32,000 nt of DNA from Bradyrhizobium liaoningense (GTDB lineage Bacteria > Pseudomonadota > Alphaproteobacteria > Rhizobiales > Xanthobacteraceae), in the NCBI RefSeq assembly GCF_018130785.1, contig NZ_JAFCJT010000023.1, positions 8,147-40,146 on the forward strand. Direction: 5' to 3'. A program made the position numbers and the translations under genes. Numbering within the stretch: position 1 is the stretch's first letter; every line of letters begins with the position of its first letter. The notes under the pieces are model-generated. The model saw only the letters and a program-made list of their open reading frames with translations. It did no database searches and was not told the origin of the DNA. Below are positions 26,617 to 32,000 of the stretch, piece by piece.

Positions 26617-27587
26617 TTACTTGCGACGTTGACTGTATGAGCGGTGGCTTGATGGTCGCTTCGCTCCGCCGGACGGTTTCATGCATCTAGCTCCAGAACT
26701 GCGTGCGGTCCGCGCAAAGATTGGATCACACCTATCGAATTTCGCGACGTTTTTTCCGCGCGCCAGCGTCTCCGAGGTTCTGAAAATAATTGGGCCAGTG
26801 CACGTGGTTGCCCACGCACCTCCCCACTCATCGCCGTTCACAGCTCTCCAATATTCGATACGACAATCGTTTTTCTTGGCGGAAGATTGGCGGCCACGGC
26901 AAGATCGGCCGGACAATGCTAAAAATTCTGTTGACCCGAAAAATCCCCGAGTGAAAGTGGGGCCGGTCCGCGGGACGAGAGGCGCTGACGAAATTGACTA
27001 CCCCCACCCCTCCCAATATCAGCGGCTCGACCAGTGGCTTTTAATATTTAGTTCCCGGATTTTGCGCGTGAACCAGGGAGACCGGTCCTGCGGACGCCTC
27101 TTGTAAACTTTCGCCCACCCTCCCCTGTCAACCCAGCCTAACTTTTCAATTCCTTTAGCTTCCGCAGTGGCGACGTGCGAGTTACCCGCGCTCGAAACCA
27201 ATTGTCGGAAGAACCCGTGGCCCCCCGCCAGAGCTTTTCTGTCTGCTCACGATTTCTTCGAATGCTTGATGGTGAAGGGTTTGTTGCGGAGGACTTAGGC
27301 GAGCAATCCCGGCACTTTCGCGCCGACCGACAGTGGCCGCTCAATTACGGGCACCCCGCTTGAGCGAGAGGGATCCAAACCAGTCCCCAATAAGCGCTTG
27401 GTTTGCCCGGAAATGCCGTTACTAGACCGATTTGGAGGGAACTAAGATTCGGAGAAAATTCGGTTCTCCGCGCCTAGCGAACGCTCCGTTTGATCGACGA
27501 TAGTATTTCTCTGGCGAGCGAAAGGCCGGAAGGTGGCCGGATTTTCGACCTATCTCCTCATCGAAGTACGGGGTGACTTTTGCGGGG

Positions 27588-27677
27588 TGGCGGAGAGAGT
27601 GGGATTCGAACCCACGGTACGGTTTCCCGCACACACGCTTTCCAAGCGTGCGCCTTAAGCCACTCGGCCATCTCTCC
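27588..27677 (-). tRNA. tRNA-Ser (anticodon GGA), 90 nt, CCA encoded
   Basis: Reverse complement is GGAGAGATGGCCGAGTGGCTTAAGGCGCACGCTTGGAAAGCGTGTGTGCGGGAAACCGTACCGTGGGTTCGAATCCCACTCTCTCCGCCA. It has a 7-bp acceptor GGAGAGA/TCTCTCC, anticodon stem CACGC/GCGTG with loop TTGGAAA, a long variable arm (TGCGG-GAAA-CCGTA) and T-arm GTGGG-TTCGAAT-CCCAC. Confidence 0.95.
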
Positions 27678-27750
27678 GGAGCGCCCTCTCTTGAAGGGGC
27701 GCCGGTGATTTTGCAAGGGATCGCGGGGAAATCGGGTGAATTTTCCGTAA

Positions 27751-27791
27751 GATATTGTATTTGAACGACAATATCTGGCGCCAATTGGCGC
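27751..27791. promoter_or_regulatory. Two adjacent palindromes: GATATTGT-N9-ACAATATC and GCGCCAATTGGCGC
   Basis: Read directly. 8-bp arms at 27751-27758 and 27768-27775, then a perfect 14-bp palindrome at 27778-27791. Lies in the divergent region between tRNA-Ser and the exported-protein gene. Confidence 0.3.
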
Positions 27792-27873
27792 TTCGGAACC
27801 ACCCGATGGCTGAACCGGAAGCGGGTTTGGCGCGACGATTCACTCAAGCCCGCCAAACACGACCGGGGACGCC

Positions 27874-28215
27874 ATGACCATCCGCAAGACCATCGCCGCT
27901 CTTAGCCTGATTTCGGGCCTGGGCTCCGCCTTCGCCGCGCCGGCCTTAGCGCAGGTCTGCACCCGGCAGGGCGTCGACGTGAGCTGCGACGACGGGCGAC
28001 GCGGGGTGCTGTCGGGCGATGCCATCCTCTGGCCGGACGGGACGCGCTCAAGCTCGACGCCGCATCAGAGCGTGATCATCGGCAACAAGAGCTCGGTCCA
28101 TGTCGGGCCCGGCGTGTTCGTCGGCCAGGGCAAGGGCATGGTGCCGCTCGATGATCCCAACGCGCCGAACAAGCGGCAATGCGCGATATTGGATGGGGTG
28201 TCGTATTGTTATTGA
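27874..28215 (+). CDS. Small exported Cys-containing hypothetical protein
   Basis: 113 aa. Signal peptide MTIRKTIAALSLISGLGSAFAAPALA|QV, four Cys in the mature part, GC-rich codon usage matching the flanking core genes, GGGGA SD. Confidence 0.7.
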   Translation: MTIRKTIAALSLISGLGSAFAAPALAQVCTRQGVDVSCDDGRRGVLSGDAILWPDGTRSSSTPHQSVIIGNKSSVHVGPGVFVGQGKGMVPLDDPNAPNKRQCAILDGVSYCY

Positions 28216-28240
28216 GGGCGCGGGTCGCACCCTCCCAGTT

Positions 28241-28271
28241 CGTCATGGCCGGGACAAGCCCGGCCATGACG
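28241..28271. repeat. REP-like hairpin CGTCATGGCCGGG-ACAAG-CCCGGCCATGACG between convergent genes
   Basis: A perfect 13-bp stem with a 5-nt loop, read directly. I recognise the motif as a dispersed intergenic repeat of Bradyrhizobium/Rhodopseudomonas genomes, the source of spurious ...MAGLVPAMT... ORFs such as 28076..28411. It probably acts as a bidirectional terminator or RNA-stability element. Confidence 0.6.
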
Positions 28272-28278
28272 CAAGATC

Positions 28279-29742
28279 CTAGATCAGTCTTACACCTGAG
28301 ATCGCCGATTTCAGCCAGCGCAGCGCTTGCGGCGGCTGCGCCGCGAGCGGGACGACGGCGGGCTTCTCGGTCCGGCACTTCTCCAACTCCGCGACGAAGT
28401 CGGCGGACCATTGCTGGATGGTGTGGCCGCGCAGCTTCTTCATCATCGCGTCCCAGCGCATCTTGCGCTCGGTGAGCGGCATCGCGGCCGCGACCGCGAT
28501 CGCACGCGCCATGCCGTCGATGTCGTGCGGATTGACCAGCAGCGCCGTTTCGAGCTCGTTGGCGGCGCCGGCGAACTTCGACAGCACCAGCACGCCGGGA
28601 TCGGCCGGGTTTTGCGCGGCAACATATTCCTTGGCGACGAGGTTCATGCCGTCATGCAGCGGCGTCACCACGCCGATCTGCGCGGTCCGGTAGAGACCCG
28701 CGAGCACGGTCTGGCTGAACCCCTTGTTGAGATAGCGGATCGGCGTCCAGTCGACCTCGCCGTGGCGGCCGTTGACGTCGGTAACGAGACGCGCGACCTC
28801 GTTCTGGAGATTGCCATAGGCCTCGATCGCACCGCGCGACGGGTTGGCGATCTGAAGCAGCGAGATGCTGCGCGCAAACTGCGGCTGATCGGTCCAGAGC
28901 CGGTCGAACGCGCTGATGCGATTGACGAGACCCTTGGAATAGTCGAGCCGGTCGACGCCGATCGCGAGCCGCTCGCCATTGAGACTGCGGCGCAGCCGCG
29001 ACACGTCGGGATGCGAGGCAGACTTCGCGGCGTAAGCTGCGAACTTCTCCGCGTCGATGCCGATCGGAAACACCTCGCAACGCGTACGGCCATGCTGCGA
29101 GATCGCGACGCCGTCCTCGACGGTGAGGTCAAGTTCGCCCGCGACATAGCCGAGAAAATTCTGGCAATCCTCATTGGTCTGGAAGCCGAGCAGATCGTAG
29201 GCCAGCATCGCCGTGATCAGTTCGCGATGATTTGGCACGCCCTGCATCACCGCGGCGACCGGCCATGGCGTGTGCAGGAAGAAGCCGATCGGATCATCGA
29301 CGCCGAGATCACGCAGCTCGGCGCCGAGCGCAAGGAAATGATAATCCTGCACCCAGAACGCCGTTTTCGCCTTCCGGAAGCGCATCAAGGCGCGCGCCAT
29401 GAAGGCGTTGACCTCGCGATAGCTGACATAGTCGTCGCGTGAGACGCGGATCAGATCGCTGCGCGAATGCAGGGCCGGCCACAGCGCCGAATTGGCGAAA
29501 CCTTCGTAATAGCCGCCGTAATGCGCCGCCGGCAGATCCAGCGTCGCAATCGCACCCGACCCAAGCGCTTCGATCTCGGCGAACGGTTCCTTCTGTTGGC
29601 CGTCGCGCACGCGGCCCGACGAACCCACCCAGATAGCACCCGAATGTTCCACGACGGGAAGCAATGCCGCAGCCAAGCCGCCCGTCATCGGCTCGTTGGG
29701 TTTACCGCGCGCTACTCGATTTGAAACGACGACTAAGTTCAC
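28279..29742 (-). CDS. otsA: Alpha,alpha-trehalose-phosphate synthase (UDP-forming), GT20
   Basis: NLVVVSNRVA...PMTGGLAAALLPVV...YYEGFANSALWPALH...VQDYHFL...VTPLHDGMNLVAKEY are OtsA signatures. The tracked ATG is at 29763, but the in-frame GTG at 29742 is preceded by AGGAGGGG at 7-nt spacing and gives the usual MNLVVVSNR start. Confidence 0.9.
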   Translation of the reverse strand: MNLVVVSNRVARGKPNEPMTGGLAAALLPVVEHSGAIWVGSSGRVRDGQQKEPFAEIEALGSGAIATLDLPAAHYGGYYEGFANSALWPALHSRSDLIRVSRDDYVSYREVNAFMARALMRFRKAKTAFWVQDYHFLALGAELRDLGVDDPIGFFLHTPWPVAAVMQGVPNHRELITAMLAYDLLGFQTNEDCQNFLGYVAGELDLTVEDGVAISQHGRTRCEVFPIGIDAEKFAAYAAKSASHPDVSRLRRSLNGERLAIGVDRLDYSKGLVNRISAFDRLWTDQPQFARSISLLQIANPSRGAIEAYGNLQNEVARLVTDVNGRHGEVDWTPIRYLNKGFSQTVLAGLYRTAQIGVVTPLHDGMNLVAKEYVAAQNPADPGVLVLSKFAGAANELETALLVNPHDIDGMARAIAVAAAMPLTERKMRWDAMMKKLRGHTIQQWSADFVAELEKCRTEKPAVVPLAAQPPQALRWLKSAISGVRLI

Positions 29743-29775
29743 AGGTCGTCCCCTCCTGTTCATTCCACCCCGTTT

Positions 29776-29800
29776 AACTGCCGTTCATCAATAAGGTTCC
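29776..29800 (-). promoter_or_regulatory. Candidate EcfG (general stress response sigma factor) promoter: GGAAC-N16-AGTT
   Basis: The minus strand reads GGAAC cttattgatgaacggc AGTT aaacgg. The -10 ends 33 nt upstream of the otsA GTG. The alphaproteobacterial EcfG/SigT/RpoE2 consensus is GGAAC-N16-17-CGTT, so there is one mismatch in the -10. Confidence 0.45.
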
Positions 29801-29979
29801 TGACCATCATTTGTACGAAATGAAACCAAAATCGGGCACGTGCGTTGGAACCAGTTTTTCTTCTGGGAACCCGTCGGTTTCACTCAACAAAGTCAGTTTT
29901 CATGACTGTGTTGCCCAGCGTGAATTGCGCGCGCGAGCGAACGAAGCGAGCGACAATATGGCATCGAGGTGTCGGCGCC

Positions 29980-30801
29980 TTATTCCAACCTTGTGTCGTC
30001 GAGCAGATGCGCGAGGAACGCGCGTACATCCTTCGGCTCATCGAAATGGCCATTGACGCCGATGGCACGGCGGCCGACCGAGAAGGCAAGCCCGTTCATG
30101 TCGGGCATGATCGCGAACACGGTCTCATCGGTGACGTCGTCGCCGATGAAGATCGGACGGCGCCCCTTGAAGGGCTCATGCTTCATCAATTCGCGCACGC
30201 CGGTCGCCTTGGTGAAGCCGGAATGCTTGATCTCGCACACGAACTTGCCGGGCAGCACTTCGATCGGCGCATTGGGCAGATCGGCGCGGATCAGCGAGAC
30301 GGATTCGTAGATCGCTTTCTCCGCATGCGGCGCGAGGCGATAATGCAGTGCCAGCGAATAGCCCTTGTCTTCGAGCAGAATGCCGGGGCTGAGCTTTGCG
30401 ATCGCAGCCAGGCGCCGCTTCAGCTCCTTGTCCATCTGCGGCGCGTGCACGTCGTCGGCCTCATTGCCCACCGACAGGCGCATCTCCGCGCCGTGTCCGG
30501 CAACGGCACGAAACACATCGGGCGCGAAGATCAGGTCGATGTCGTTGAGCGAACGGCCACTGACCATCGCCAGCGCGCCCGACGTGCGCTCCGTCAGCCG
30601 GTTCAGCGTTTCCGACAGGCCCGGCGGCACCCAGACCTCGCGCGGCGTCGGCATCAGGTCGAGCAGCGTGCCGTCGATGTCGAGCAGGATCGCAGTCTCG
30701 CCGAGGTGCGGCACGAGCGCATGCGGCACCGGCACCGCGTCGGGCGCTTCATCGTCGAGCATGGTGGGCTTCTGGTCCAATTCAGCGAGTTCCGATTTCA
30801 T
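29980..30801 (-). CDS. otsB: Trehalose-6-phosphate phosphatase (HAD superfamily)
   Basis: 273 aa. HAD motif I is ILLDIDGTLLDL, followed by VSGRSL and a terminal FIGDDVTDE. The ATG lies 3 nt after the upstream MFS stop. Confidence 0.9.
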   Translation of the reverse strand: MKSELAELDQKPTMLDDEAPDAVPVPHALVPHLGETAILLDIDGTLLDLMPTPREVWVPPGLSETLNRLTERTSGALAMVSGRSLNDIDLIFAPDVFRAVAGHGAEMRLSVGNEADDVHAPQMDKELKRRLAAIAKLSPGILLEDKGYSLALHYRLAPHAEKAIYESVSLIRADLPNAPIEVLPGKFVCEIKHSGFTKATGVRELMKHEPFKGRRPIFIGDDVTDETVFAIMPDMNGLAFSVGRRAIGVNGHFDEPKDVRAFLAHLLDDTRLE

Positions 30802-30804
30802 AGT

Positions 30805-32000
30805 CTACTCCATAAAGGCAAGCGGCCGCGCGATTTGTTCGAGCGATTTTCGTTCCGCGGCGACGGCGTAGCGCCACGCCACGATCGCAGCCGCAATCAT
30901 CAGGAAGGCCCCCAGCAAATAGCCCGCGAACACGCTGGTGCGTGATCCCGTGTCGATCAGCGCGCCGAACAGCGCGGGTCCGATCACGCCGCCGATGCCG
31001 GTGCCGACCGCGTAGAACACCGCAATCGCCAGCGCGCGCACTTCCAATGGGAACGTCTCGCTGACTGTCAGGTAAGCCGCGCTCGCGGCGGGCGAGGCGA
31101 AGAAGAAGATCACCATCCAGGCAATCGTCTGCCCCTGCGCGCTCAGCGCGCCGATCGAGAACAGGTAGCCCGAGAGCGCCAGCAGCACGCCCGACACGCC
31201 GTAGGTGAACATGATCATGACGCGGCGGCCGAGCGTATCGAACAGGCGGCCGAGCAGCAGCGGACCGAGGAAGTTGCCGGCGGCGAACGGCAGGAGATAC
31301 CAGCCGACGTGATCGGCGCTGATGCCGTAGAAGTCGGTCAGCACCAGCGCGAAAGTGAAGAAGATCGCGTTGTAGAAGAACGCCTGCGCGACCATCAGCA
31401 CCAGGCCGACCAGCGCGCGCTGGCGATAGACGGAGAACAGCGTGTGCACCACCTCCCTGATCGGCGTGTGGTCGCGCATCTTCAGGCGGATTTTCGTGAA
31501 GCGGCCATCGCTCGCATCCTGGTCATGCCCGATGACCGAGCGCTCGATCTCGCCCACGATGGCGTGGGCCTGGTCGGGCCGGCCGTGGATCATCAGCCAG
31601 CGCGGGCTCTCCGGAATCCACATCCGCATCAACAGCACGACAAGCCCGAGGGTCGCGCCGATGAGATAGGCGAGGCGCCAGCCGAGATCGGGACCGATAA
31701 ATGCGGGATCGAGCAGCACGATGGCCGCCACCGCGCCCATCGCCGCGCCGAGCCAGAAGCTGCCGTTGATGACGAGATCGGTCCAGCCGCGGTAGCGCGC
31801 CGGCACCAGTTCCTGGATCGTCGAATTGATCGCAGTATATTCGCCGCCGATACCGGCGCCGGTGAGAAAGCGAAACAGCGCATAGCTCGCGACATTCCAC
31901 GACAGCGCAGTCGCGGCGGTCGCGGAGAGATAGAGCGCCAGCGTGATGAAGAACAGTTTCTTGCGGCCGATGCGGTCGGTGAGCCAGCCGAATCCGAGCG
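30805..32000 (-). CDS. MFS transporter (sugar-porter-like), N-terminus beyond the right edge
   Basis: The tracked ORF starts at an internal Met (31806), but the frame stays open to 32000. It reads ...GFGWLTDRIGRKKLFFITLALYLSATAATALSWNVASYALFRFLTGAGIGGEYTAINSTIQELVPARYRGW..., which gives the MFS motif A (DRxGRKK) and sugar-porter PESPRWL. Confidence 0.85.
   Translation of the reverse strand, partial: LGFGWLTDRIGRKKLFFITLALYLSATAATALSWNVASYALFRFLTGAGIGGEYTAINSTIQELVPARYRGWTDLVINGSFWLGAAMGAVAAIVLLDPAFIGPDLGWRLAYLIGATLGLVVLLMRMWIPESPRWLMIHGRPDQAHAIVGEIERSVIGHDQDASDGRFTKIRLKMRDHTPIREVVHTLFSVYRQRALVGLVLMVAQAFFYNAIFFTFALVLTDFYGISADHVGWYLLPFAAGNFLGPLLLGRLFDTLGRRVMIMFTYGVSGVLLALSGYLFSIGALSAQGQTIAWMVIFFFASPAASAAYLTVSETFPLEVRALAIAVFYAVGTGIGGVIGPALFGALIDTGSRTSVFAGYLLGAFLMIAAAIVAWRYAVAAERKSLEQIARPLAFME

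Noticed and set aside
26617-27587. Hidden integrase pseudogene, SRP RNA, tmRNA, RNase P RNA or 6S RNA in the ORF-free stretch
   Set aside because: None of the frames shows recombinase motifs (HxxR / Y boxes). I could not find the diagnostic strings: GGAAGCAGCC-type SRP domain IV, the GAGGAAAGUCCGGGC P4 strand of RNase P, or an ANDN tag with T-arm-CCA for tmRNA. A covariance-model scan is still needed.
27422-27856. 144-aa minus-strand ORF
   Set aside because: It runs straight through the tRNA-Ser gene, so it is a spurious translation.
28327-29442. 371-aa + strand ORF, and similar long ORFs: 29845..30945 (+), 5057..5815 (-), 9099..10013 (+), 16114..16869 (-), 10554..11132 (+)
   Set aside because: They are Arg/Pro/Ala-rich antisense or off-frame shadows inside well-supported genes (otsA, otsB, FUSC, HK, MocR, monooxygenase). 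This is typical of high-GC DNA.
1-32000. CRISPR arrays, tandem repeats, IS elements, retron/DGR-type reverse transcriptases, toxin-antitoxin pairs
   Set aside because: I saw no regularly spaced direct repeats, no transposase, RT or integrase-like translations, and no small paired ORFs with TA-like features anywhere in the window.

Overview
High-GC alphaproteobacterial chromosome segment. Gene content and a characteristic CGTCATGGCCGGG-N5-CCCGGCCATGACG hairpin repeat suggest a Bradyrhizobium/Rhodopseudomonas-type genome (inference). I can support 23 protein-coding genes (one at low confidence), one tRNA-Ser(GGA), and several palindromic or regulatory elements. I see no rRNA, CRISPR array, transposase, integrase or reverse transcriptase. 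Left to right: partial FAD aromatic hydroxylase; GH15 glycoside hydrolase; FixJ/NarL-type response regulator plus a stand-alone receiver; an AaeAB-like efflux set (FUSC, DUF1656, HlyD adaptor); a small ORF ending in SICRGC; a cytoplasmic 4xPAS histidine kinase; an FAD monooxygenase; a qNOR-type nitric-oxide reductase; an AhpD-like CMD protein and a secreted cupin, divergent from a MocR regulator; an HpnN-like MMPL transporter; a 1182-aa SAM/class III cyclase/STAND ATPase/TPR protein with a DUF4242 partner; a lower-GC two-gene cassette (atypical aspartate kinase plus GT2 glycosyltransferase); a 971-bp ORF-free stretch; tRNA-Ser(GGA); a small exported Cys-containing protein; and an MFS-otsB-otsA trehalose synthesis cluster. 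I did not find an unambiguous novel system. The best candidates for follow-up are: (i) the SAM-cyclase-STAND-TPR/DUF4242 pair; (ii) the compositionally foreign aspartate kinase/GT2 cassette and the structured-looking non-coding DNA next to the tRNA; (iii) the two-component genes bracketing the efflux operon; (iv) the MocR/cupin/CMD/qNOR neighbourhood; (v) an EcfG-type stress promoter in front of otsA. All functional calls come from reading the translations by eye. No database search was possible.
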